Translations under genes and position numbers: made by a program
Shown here: positions 1 to 7,077 of the stretch, in pieces
How positions within the stretch are numbered: position 1 is the stretch's first letter
How the letters are laid out: each line of letters starts with the position of its first letter
NCBI GenBank assembly: GCA_905199855.1
Contig: CAJKHY010000001.1
Location: 21,748-85,747 of the forward strand
Length of the DNA: 64,000 nt
Direction: 5' to 3'
Source: an uncultured Clostridium sp.
Lineage (GTDB): Bacteria > Bacillota_I > Bacilli_A > RF39 > UBA660
Notes under the pieces: model-generated
The model's input: the letters and a program-made list of their open reading frames with translations, nothing else
Told to the model about the DNA's origin: nothing
Database searches by the model: none

Positions 1-542
1 AATTTACTATATTGATAATCATTTTCCACACTAAAAACAGAAAAAATCTCATATATATAAGCCTTATCCGTTATAAAAGTAATATATTTATTAGTCAAAA
101 AATAATCATAATCCAAGTAATTTTTTAAATATTTAAAAGGAATATCATACTTATTATTGCTATGACCATATATTAGTAATTTTTTATCATTTATATCATT
201 TCTATAATCCAAAAATATACTTCCCGTTACTAATTTCTCCCTACTTATAGTATGATTCAAATAATAAGTATTATCTTCTGCCTGTACCACCGGAGTAGTA
301 ATATCTTCGTTTATCTTAAGATAAGCCACAATATCATCAGTTTGATAATAATCATTCAAATAAGTTATATAATCCGTGGCATCCTTCGTTTTTGGAATAA
401 GCACATAGTTAAAAGATATCTTTTTCCTTTCACTTAACATTGAAGAAGTACTCATGATAAAAATAAATAATAGTAAAAAAAATAAACTATTAATGGTCAA
501 ACTCTTAATGTTTATTTTTCTAATCAGCTTGATCGATATCAC
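1..542 (-). CDS. srtB: Class B sortase, 5' part (C-terminus lies left of the window)
   Basis: Own minus-strand translation; absent from the ORF track because there is no stop in the window. Candidate GTG start at 542-540. TM anchor LFFLLLFIFI, then ...VVQAEDNTYYLNHTISREKLVTGSIFLDYRNDINDKKLLIYGHSNN..., which fits the SrtB-type YYLxH / GSIFxDYRN / IYGH pattern. Start codon uncertain. Confidence 0.65.
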   Translation of the reverse strand, partial: MISIKLIRKINIKSLTINSLFFLLLFIFIMSTSSMLSERKKISFNYVLIPKTKDATDYITYLNDYYQTDDIVAYLKINEDITTPVVQAEDNTYYLNHTISREKLVTGSIFLDYRNDINDKKLLIYGHSNNKYDIPFKYLKNYLDYDYFLTNKYITFITDKAYIYEIFSVFSVENDYQYSK

Positions 543-591
543 ACCTTCTTTCTTTCATAAAATAAGTGTAATACCTTTAATCTAAGTAATT

Positions 592-598
592 TGTCGAA
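592..598. promoter_or_regulatory. 0A-box-like heptamer TGTCGAA upstream of srtB
   Basis: Exact match to the Spo0A-box core TGNCGAA, about 50 nt upstream of the putative srtB start. A single heptamer could be chance. Confidence 0.2.
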
Positions 599-807
599 TA
601 AAAAAACAAAATTAATTTTTTTAAACAAAATAAAAACACTCCCATTCTCAAGTATAAAGTATTAACCCCTACCGAATTTAAACACCACTTTTTTCAAAAA
701 AAATAAAAATTGTCAAAATAAAAAAACGCCCGTACAGTTTTTCAAAAACCAAAACAAAACCCTTCCAATATTCAAAAAACAACCGGGCGTTTTTAAATTT
801 TAGAAGT

Positions 808-837
808 TTGACTTTATCTTCCTTTTTGTAGTATAGT
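808..837 (+). promoter_or_regulatory. SigA-type promoter of intergenic module copy A
   Basis: TTGACT (808-813), 18-nt spacer, TATAGT (832-837). AAAGGAGGTG follows at 850-859 with no credible ORF. Paralogous to the promoter at 13033-13062. Confidence 0.5.
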
Positions 838-1005
838 AAATTCATAAACAAAGGAGGTGATAAAAACTATTATAGAAATAACATAAACGAAATGCTACAT
901 ATGCATAACAATTATGTCTAATTTATCCTAAAATTCAAGCAACAAAAAAACCACAATCCAAGCATTATATTTAAAAAGTCAAAAATTGCACAAAACAAAG
1001 CCAAA

Positions 1006-1028
1006 GAACTATAACAGCATAGCAAAAG
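1006..1028 (-). repeat. REP-like intergenic repeat unit (minus orientation)
   Basis: GAACTATAACAGCATAGCAAAAG is the reverse complement of TTTGCTATGCTGTTATAGTTC, the same unit seen at 10 other intergenic sites. Confidence 0.7.
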
Positions 1029-1050
1029 AAAAATAATCAAAACAAAAAAA

Positions 1051-1117
1051 GTACGGCAGTTATTGTCGGAATTATGTCTACGGTAAAGACAAATAGCCTT
1101 TGCTTGTAGAAAAAACA
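1051..1117 (+). ncRNA. Candidate structured RNA element, copy A (conserved double hairpin)
   Basis: GTACGGCAG-N4-TGTCGGA-..-TATGTCTACG-(variable)-TGTAGAAAAAACA. The flanks match 13165-13233 and the loop sequences differ. Strand and transcription are unproven. Confidence 0.35.
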
Positions 1118-1133
1118 CCACCGTGAGGTAGTG
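1110..1133 (-). terminator. Rho-independent terminator of the 81-aa gene
   Basis: On the minus strand: CACTACC-tcac-GGTGGTG followed by TTTTTT, immediately after the stop at 1142. Confidence 0.7.
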
Positions 1134-1141
1134 CAAATGAA

Positions 1142-1387
1142 TTATATCATATACATGTTAGAATCAGGCTCATTGTAATTAGAATTATATGGATTTTCCA
1201 ACCTTGCTATTCTTGATTCCAAGATCTTGATTTTCTTTTCTAAATTAGATAACCTTGTATTTAATTCATTAGTATTTACAAAGGGATTCATTTGCCCAGG
1301 CATCATCCCTTGCATAGGATTCATCATAGCAGGATTGCCACCAGCATAACCATACGTATTATAAAACATATCTCTATCCTTGTTCAT
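1142..1387 (-). CDS. Hypothetical protein with Met/Pro/Gly/Asn-rich N-terminus and a coiled-coil segment
   Basis: 81-aa ORF with SD AAGGAGTG 6 nt upstream of the ATG and its own terminator. No family recognised. Confidence 0.6.
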   Translation of the reverse strand: MNKDRDMFYNTYGYAGGNPAMMNPMQGMMPGQMNPFVNTNELNTRLSNLEKKIKILESRIARLENPYNSNYNEPDSNMYMI

Positions 1388-1487
1388 AATTCACTCCTTA
1401 TCAATACTAATATATGTTCAAAAATTAAATAAGTGCCTAGTATTGATAAGTACATCAAAATGTTATATAATGTTCATGAGGTATATT

Positions 1488-2123
1488 ATGAGATTAAAAA
1501 ACGTAAAAAATGCAAAAAACATTATTGAAGAAGGTAAATATTATGTAAATAAGCCTTGTGATTATAAAGGTAAATGGCATGAATTATTTCAAAATGATAA
1601 TCCCATTTATTTAGAAATAGGCATGGGTAAAGGTAAATTCATTTTAGAAAATGCACTCCAAAACACTGATGTTAATTATATAGGAATCGAAAAATATGAC
1701 AGTGTCCTTGTACGTGCCATTCAAAAAACAAACAAGTTCGAATTAAACAACTTGAAATTAATAAAAATAGATGCTCTAAATTTAAGCACAATCTTTGACA
1801 AAGAAATAGATTTAATTTACTTAAACTTTTCCGATCCGTGGCCCAAAGAAAGACATAAAAAAAGAAGATTGACTTCATATATCTTTCTAGATATCTATGA
1901 TAAAATTTTCAAAAACGAAGCTCACATCACCATGAAAACAGATAACTTAGACCTATTCAACTATTCCATTTATTCATTAAAAGAAAATGGTTATAAAATA
2001 ATATATACAACAAATGACTTAAAAAAAGAAAACATTCTCAACATCACAACAGAATACGAAGAAAAATTTAACAATTTAAACATCAAAATAAATATGCTTG
2101 AAGCAATTAAAGAAAAGGATTAA
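1488..2123 (+). CDS. trmB: tRNA (guanine-N7)-methyltransferase
   Basis: Motifs YLEIGMGKGKF and NFSDPWPKERHKKRRL. Start moved to ATG 1488 (SD GAGGT, MRLKNVKN...); the track ORF begins at 1380. Confidence 0.85.
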   Translation: MRLKNVKNAKNIIEEGKYYVNKPCDYKGKWHELFQNDNPIYLEIGMGKGKFILENALQNTDVNYIGIEKYDSVLVRAIQKTNKFELNNLKLIKIDALNLSTIFDKEIDLIYLNFSDPWPKERHKKRRLTSYIFLDIYDKIFKNEAHITMKTDNLDLFNYSIYSLKENGYKIIYTTNDLKKENILNITTEYEEKFNNLNIKINMLEAIKEKD

Positions 2124-2127
2124 TTTT

Positions 2128-3465
2128 ATGCTTGAAAATAAAAAAATATTTATTTTAGGCATGGCTCGAAGTGGTTATGAAGTTGCAAAAGTCTTAGCCA
2201 AAAGAAATAACATCGTTATTGTTAATGATTTCAGCACTAATCAAGACATGGATAAAGTTCATGAACTAGAAAATATGGGGGTCAAAGTTATTCTAGGAAG
2301 TCATCCTGACGACATATTAACCAAAGATTTTGACTACCTAATAAAAAATCCAGGCATTAGAAATGACCACAAATACGTATTATTTTGCCATAAAAACAAT
2401 ATTCCCGTCATCAACGAAATAGAAATGGCATATCACTTGTTACCTAAAAATGTTAAAATCATAGGCATAACTGGTAGTAATGGTAAAACTACGGCCACCA
2501 CTTTAATATACGAAATACTAAAAGATGCAGGGCAAAGAGTCCACTTAACAGGAAATATAGGATTCCCCTTATCAGGATTTTTAAATAAAATACAAGAAAA
2601 CGATTATATTGTAATCGAAATTGCCGGACACCATCTTGTTAATTTTCAAAATTTCAAAACAGACATCTCCATATTAACCAACTTATATCCCGTTCATCTT
2701 GACTTCCATGATACTTACGACAATTATAAAAATATTAAAAAGAAAATTTTCGATCACCATACAAACAAAGACATCGCTATAATAAATGGAGGAAACAGCG
2801 ATTGCATCGAAACAACTAAAGACATAAAAAGCACCAAATACTTTTTTAGTACCACCAGAAAATGTGATGCTTATTTAGAAAATAACATCATTTACTACCA
2901 AAATAAACCAATCATTGATACAACAAAAACCATTCTAAAAGGTAACCATAATTACGAAAATATGATGTGTGCCATTATCACTGGTATAAATCTTAATATC
3001 AACATAACATCCATCCAAAAAACATTAGAAAACTTTAAAGGAGTAGAACATCGTATCGAATACGTTAACACTATAAATGGAGTAAAATACTATAATGATT
3101 CCAAATCAACAAATAACATGGCCACTACCATCGCCATAAGTGCTTTCCATGAACCAATTAATTTAATATTAGGTGGACTAGATCGCGGACAAGATTTCTT
3201 TGAATTAAAAGACCATATGCAAAACGTAAAAAATGTCTTATGTTATGGAGAAACTAAAGATAAAATAAAAAACTTTTGTGATAAAATAAATATTCCCTGT
3301 TTAGTTTTCAACAACCTAAAAGAAACAGTTGAAAAAGCAAAACAAATATCCCTAAGTGGCGAAATTGTCTTATTTTCTCCAGCATGTGCCTCTTGGGATC
3401 AATATAAATGCTTTGAAGAACGCGGATTAGAATTTAAAAATTTAGTAAATAATAATAAACAATAA
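2128..3465 (+). CDS. murD: UDP-N-acetylmuramoylalanine--D-glutamate ligase
   Basis: Mur ligase P-loop GITGSNGKTT, NDSKSTN, GGLDRG. N-terminus ILGMARSG. Start at ATG 2128 after AAAGGA. Confidence 0.85.
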   Translation: MLENKKIFILGMARSGYEVAKVLAKRNNIVIVNDFSTNQDMDKVHELENMGVKVILGSHPDDILTKDFDYLIKNPGIRNDHKYVLFCHKNNIPVINEIEMAYHLLPKNVKIIGITGSNGKTTATTLIYEILKDAGQRVHLTGNIGFPLSGFLNKIQENDYIVIEIAGHHLVNFQNFKTDISILTNLYPVHLDFHDTYDNYKNIKKKIFDHHTNKDIAIINGGNSDCIETTKDIKSTKYFFSTTRKCDAYLENNIIYYQNKPIIDTTKTILKGNHNYENMMCAIITGINLNINITSIQKTLENFKGVEHRIEYVNTINGVKYYNDSKSTNNMATTIAISAFHEPINLILGGLDRGQDFFELKDHMQNVKNVLCYGETKDKIKNFCDKINIPCLVFNNLKETVEKAKQISLSGEIVLFSPACASWDQYKCFEERGLEFKNLVNNNKQ

Positions 3466-3498
3466 AAAAATAAAGCATATAATTAATTAGGTGATATT

Positions 3499-3870
3499 AT
3501 GAGTGTTGATAGTTTCAAAATGTTTGTAAGGAAAAATCCTAATTTAATTAAATACGTTAACAATAATGAAATGACATGGCAAAAATTCTATGAAATGTAC
3601 GACTTATATGGTGAAGATAATAGCATTTGGAATAAATATTTAAAAGAACAAGAAAAAACGACCATCAATACAAAAAATAATAATAAAAACAGTTTTAATG
3701 AAGTAATTAATATGGTAAAAAACATGGATGTAGATAAAGTCCAAGAAGGCATAACCTCTTTGCAAAAAGCTTTATCCTTATTTGGCGATTTAGTCGTATC
3801 CAAGAATAATCCTACATCTTCCAATAATAATTATACCCCAAGACCAGTATATAAAAGGTTTGAAGATTAA
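3499..3870 (+). CDS. YlbD-like protein
   Basis: 123 aa. The N-terminal FKMFVRKNPNLIKYV..TWQKFYEMYDLYGED resembles YlbD as I recall it. Position upstream of the ylbE/ylbF/rsmD homologues supports the call. Confidence 0.4.
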   Translation: MSVDSFKMFVRKNPNLIKYVNNNEMTWQKFYEMYDLYGEDNSIWNKYLKEQEKTTINTKNNNKNSFNEVINMVKNMDVDKVQEGITSLQKALSLFGDLVVSKNNPTSSNNNYTPRPVYKRFED

Positions 3871-3872
3871 AT

Positions 3873-4094
3873 ATGAGTATTGATTTACAATATAAAATAA
3901 AGAATAACTTAATGTACCAAAAATTCTTACGTGAAAACTCCATCTGGTACAAATATTTAAACAGAAACCCACTTTCATTTAATGATTTCATCAGTGATAT
4001 GAAAGACAAATACGAATTAAAACCAAGCGATCGTTTAAACAAAGTATTAAATAATATAAGCTTAATTCAAAACTTCCTAGATGTATTAAAGTAG
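3873..4094 (+). CDS. YlbE-like small protein
   Basis: 73 aa. LRENSIWYKYLNRNP resembles the YlbE family, and the position is syntenic. Confidence 0.45.
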   Translation: MSIDLQYKIKNNLMYQKFLRENSIWYKYLNRNPLSFNDFISDMKDKYELKPSDRLNKVLNNISLIQNFLDVLK

Positions 4095-4102
4095 GTGATA
4101 AA

Positions 4103-4384
4103 ATGAACGAAGTAATAGAAAAAACATATGAATTATTAGATTATTTAGATAACAGTAAAATTGTAAAAGAACTTGCTACAGCCAAAAATAAATTACTAAG
4201 TAATCAAAATATTTTAAACAAAATAAAAAAATATCAGAAAGAAAAAAACATTACATTAAAAAAAGAAATATTTAATAATCCTGACTATGCAAATTACATT
4301 AAATGCTATAACCAATTATCTTATTTAGTCATGGAAATCAATAAAAGAATAAAAAACATAACAGGAAAGAAGGGTTGCATTTGA
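4103..4384 (+). CDS. ylbF: YlbF/YmcA-family (UPF0342) regulatory protein
   Basis: 93-aa helical protein with SD TAGGTGA. Lies immediately upstream of rsmD, as in Bacillus. Confidence 0.5.
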   Translation: MNEVIEKTYELLDYLDNSKIVKELATAKNKLLSNQNILNKIKKYQKEKNITLKKEIFNNPDYANYIKCYNQLSYLVMEINKRIKNITGKKGCI

Positions 4385-4929
4385 AAGTTATAAGTGGCAG
4401 TTTAAAAGGAAGAAACATTTTGGGCTATAGTATTCAAGGCACAAGACCAACCATGGATCGTGTAAAAGAATCAGTTTTTGCGATGATTCAAGATCACATT
4501 CAAAATAGCATTTGCTTAGATTTGTTTGCCGGAAGTGGAAGTCTTGGCATTGAAGCTATCAGCAATGGCAGCAAATATACATATTTTGTAGATAATAACA
4601 AAGAATGCTACCTAACTATATTAAAAAATTTAAATAATTACAAAGTTAATAACTATAAAGTTTTACAAATGGATTATATGACCTCACTAAAATATTTTAA
4701 CGATAATAAAATTAGTTTTGATTTAATATTTATAGATCCTCCATATAATATGAAAGTTATAGATAAAATCTTAAATTATATAAATCAAAATAATTTACTA
4801 AACAAAAATGGACAAGTAATATGTGAATATCAAAATGATATATTAAAAGAAGAATACGGAGACATAAAACTATTTAAAATAAAAAAATATGCTATTAGAT
4901 ATGTCGCAATTTATAAGAATACTAAATAA
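4381..4929 (+). CDS. rsmD: 16S rRNA (guanine966-N2)-methyltransferase
   Basis: DLFAGSGSLGIEAIS (SAM site) and DPPY motif. TTG 4381 is preferred over TTG 4375 on SD spacing. Confidence 0.8.
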   Translation: MKVISGSLKGRNILGYSIQGTRPTMDRVKESVFAMIQDHIQNSICLDLFAGSGSLGIEAISNGSKYTYFVDNNKECYLTILKNLNNYKVNNYKVLQMDYMTSLKYFNDNKISFDLIFIDPPYNMKVIDKILNYINQNNLLNKNGQVICEYQNDILKEEYGDIKLFKIKKYAIRYVAIYKNTK

Positions 4930-5003
4930 TAACACATATTTTTTTAACTTGTACTTTTCCCCTTATAATGATATAATTTAACTACTAAAAAAAGGAGTAA
5001 TTT

Positions 5004-5378
5004 ATGAATTTTGATAACGAAACTAACATATTGGTCTTAGCTTATTTAGGTGATTCAGTATATGAATTGTTCATAAGAAAATACCTAATAGACAAAGACA
5101 TATCAAAAATAGACGATTTACAAAAAGAAGCAATTAAATACGTATCCGCATATGGACAAGTAAATTTTTTAAACTATCTAATTCAAGCAAAAATCTTAAA
5201 TGATAATGAATTAGACATTGTAAGAAAAGGTCGCAACAACAAAAGAAGAATACACCCCAAAAATACTGATATTTTAACCTATAAACACTCTACGGGCTTT
5301 GAGGCCTTAATAGGCTATTTATATATAAATGACAAAGATAGATTAAATGAAATACTTTCTTATATAAAGGAGTTATGA
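5004..5378 (+). CDS. mrnC: Mini-ribonuclease 3
   Basis: LAYLGDSVYELFIRKYL signature, 124 aa. Sits upstream of rlmB and sigH, as in Bacillus (yazC-yacO-sigH). Confidence 0.8.
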   Translation: MNFDNETNILVLAYLGDSVYELFIRKYLIDKDISKIDDLQKEAIKYVSAYGQVNFLNYLIQAKILNDNELDIVRKGRNNKRRIHPKNTDILTYKHSTGFEALIGYLYINDKDRLNEILSYIKEL

Positions 5379-5380
5379 TT

Positions 5381-6085
5381 ATGTATATATATGGTAAAAA
5401 TGTTATATATGAAAAATTATTAAACAATAGTAAAATTAACAAATTATATCTATCAAAGAAATTTAATGATAAAAAAATATTAGATTTACTAAAAGACAAA
5501 AATATCGATATTGCTTATTTAGATAATTTTAAGCTAGATAAAATGGTTAATGGATTACATCAAGGTATCATAGCACAAGTTGACGATTATAAAACATATG
5601 ACTTAAAAGAAATAACAAACAGTATAAATAAAGAATATCCTTTAGTAGTAATGTTAGATCACATAGAAGATCCCCATAATTTTGGAGCAATAATACGTAC
5701 TAGTGAAGCCTTAGGAGTAGATGCTATTATCATTCCCGAAGATCGTTCCGTAGGAATAAATAGCACTGTTATCAAAACAAGTGTTGGAGCCATTGAAAAC
5801 ATCAAAATAATAAAAGTAACCAATCTAGTAAATACCATCAAATATCTAAAAGACAGAGGTTATTGGATAATTGGTACTGATATGAGTTCCACTAGTATAA
5901 GTGATATTGATTATAAAATGCCTATTTGCTTAGTAATAGGCAATGAAGGCAAAGGAATTAGTAGAATTGTTAGAGAAAACTGTGATTATATTGCAAGCAT
6001 TCCAATGACAGGAAAAGTTAATAGCTTAAATGCCTCCGTGGCTGCAGGAATAATAATTTATGAAATAATTAATAAGCGAGGATAA
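5381..6085 (+). CDS. rlmB: 23S rRNA (guanosine-2'-O)-methyltransferase, SpoU/TrmH family
   Basis: SpoU motifs HNFGAIIRT, GNEGKGIS, SLNASVAAGI. Start at ATG 5381 (8 nt after AAGGAG). Confidence 0.8.
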   Translation: MYIYGKNVIYEKLLNNSKINKLYLSKKFNDKKILDLLKDKNIDIAYLDNFKLDKMVNGLHQGIIAQVDDYKTYDLKEITNSINKEYPLVVMLDHIEDPHNFGAIIRTSEALGVDAIIIPEDRSVGINSTVIKTSVGAIENIKIIKVTNLVNTIKYLKDRGYWIIGTDMSSTSISDIDYKMPICLVIGNEGKGISRIVRENCDYIASIPMTGKVNSLNASVAAGIIIYEIINKRG

Positions 6086-6087
6086 TT

Positions 6088-6696
6088 ATGGAAGAAAATG
6101 ACAACGAATTACTTTATTTAATTAGTGAGCATAGTGAAGAAGCAATGGACATGCTTTATAATAAATATAAATATGTCATTAATAAAATAGTAAACAAATA
6201 CATGAAATTTACTTATATCAATAATAAAGGTGTTGACAAAAATGACTTATCACAGGAAGCAATGATAGCCTTTGAAAACGCTATAAAAAGTTATAATGAT
6301 ACTAACGAAGCTTCTTTTTATACATTTGCCACAATATGCATTGACCGAGGACTAAAAACTTATTTAAAAAGACTAGACCATGATAAAAACAAAATTTTAA
6401 ACGAGTCAATATCCTTTAATTTCCAAACTGATAATGAAAATGATAATGACTTACTCAACTATATTATAGATGAAAAATACAATCCCGAAAATAGTATATT
6501 ACATTTTGAAAATGCAAGTGAACTAGATTATCAAATAAAAGATAAATTAACACATTTAGAAAGTAGAATATATGAATTAAGAACAGGTGGCATGAATACA
6601 GATGAAATCGCCATAATTTTAGAATTAGATCCTAAAATAGTTTATAACGCACTGCAAAGAATAAAAAGTAAAATCAAAGAATTATTAGAAATATAA
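6088..6696 (+). CDS. sigH: Sigma-70 family factor, SigH-like
   Basis: Two-domain (region 2 + 4) sigma of 202 aa. C-terminal HTH ...TDEIAIILELDPKIVYNALQRIKSKI. Conserved position after mrnC-rlmB. Confidence 0.65.
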   Translation: MEENDNELLYLISEHSEEAMDMLYNKYKYVINKIVNKYMKFTYINNKGVDKNDLSQEAMIAFENAIKSYNDTNEASFYTFATICIDRGLKTYLKRLDHDKNKILNESISFNFQTDNENDNDLLNYIIDEKYNPENSILHFENASELDYQIKDKLTHLESRIYELRTGGMNTDEIAIILELDPKIVYNALQRIKSKIKELLEI

Positions 6697-6996
6697 AATT
6701 TAATCACAATAAAAAAAATAAAAGACATACACCATAATATGCCTTTTGTGAATCTAACACGATTTAAAATCGTATGCTTCTAATATCACTATTAGAATTT
6801 TCTCCATTTAATAATATCATTATTAATGTATGAAGATATAAACAAAGGATAGTTTCTCACCCTATATACCACAATCAATATAATCATACCATGTACTAAA
6901 ATAAAAACAAATACTTTTTATGGCCGAGATAAACGCATGAGTTTTTAAAACTTATGTGTTTATCTTGCACCACCTTTTAAAAACACCATTTTTTTC

Positions 6997-7013
6997 CAAA
7001 CAAATGTATGAAA
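6997..7013. promoter_or_regulatory. Operator-like 17-mer CAAACAAATGTATGAAA upstream of the uvrA -35
   Basis: Identical 17-mer at 29719-29735, in the same position relative to a TTGACATT -35. Partial dyad CAAACA-AA-TGTATG. Confidence 0.35.
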
Positions 7014-7018
7014 AAGTC

Positions 7019-7047
7019 TTGACATTCTTTTTTTTGTATATTATAAT
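7019..7047 (+). promoter_or_regulatory. SigA-type promoter of uvrA
   Basis: TTGACA (7019-7024), 17-nt spacer, TATAAT (7042-7047). Confidence 0.7.
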
Positions 7048-7077
7048 ACTAAAGAAACAAATAAGTAGGTGATAAAA

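Noticed and set aside
252-437. 61-aa + strand ORF from the track
   Set aside because: Its composition is low-complexity Ile/Ser-rich. It lies antisense to a much better minus-strand reading frame with clear sortase B motifs spanning 1-542.
850-859. CACCTCCTTT on the minus strand (also at 13073-13082), which resembles the 3' end of 16S rRNA
   Set aside because: No rRNA-like sequence flanks it. On the + strand it is simply a perfect SD-like AAAGGAGGTG placed just after a promoter.
918-1136. 72-aa minus-strand ORF inside the intergenic module
   Set aside because: It has no SD. It overlaps the terminator of the 81-aa gene, a REP-like unit and the conserved hairpins. The sequence is Cys/Phe/Leu-rich in a way typical of AT-rich non-coding translation.
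1380-1487. N-terminal extensions proposed by the ORF track for trmB and several other genes (murD 2098, uvrA 7069, dnaK 23662, ung 30330, lemA 31594, pgk 41102, lepA 51886, yukD 63577)
   Set aside because: Internal ATG codons with properly spaced SD sequences give N-termini that match the families. The extensions overlap upstream genes or promoters.
6771-6790. Possible degenerate REP-like unit (CGTATGCTTCTAATATC) after sigH
   Set aside because: It needs a gap and several mismatches relative to the consensus, so it was not counted among the copies.
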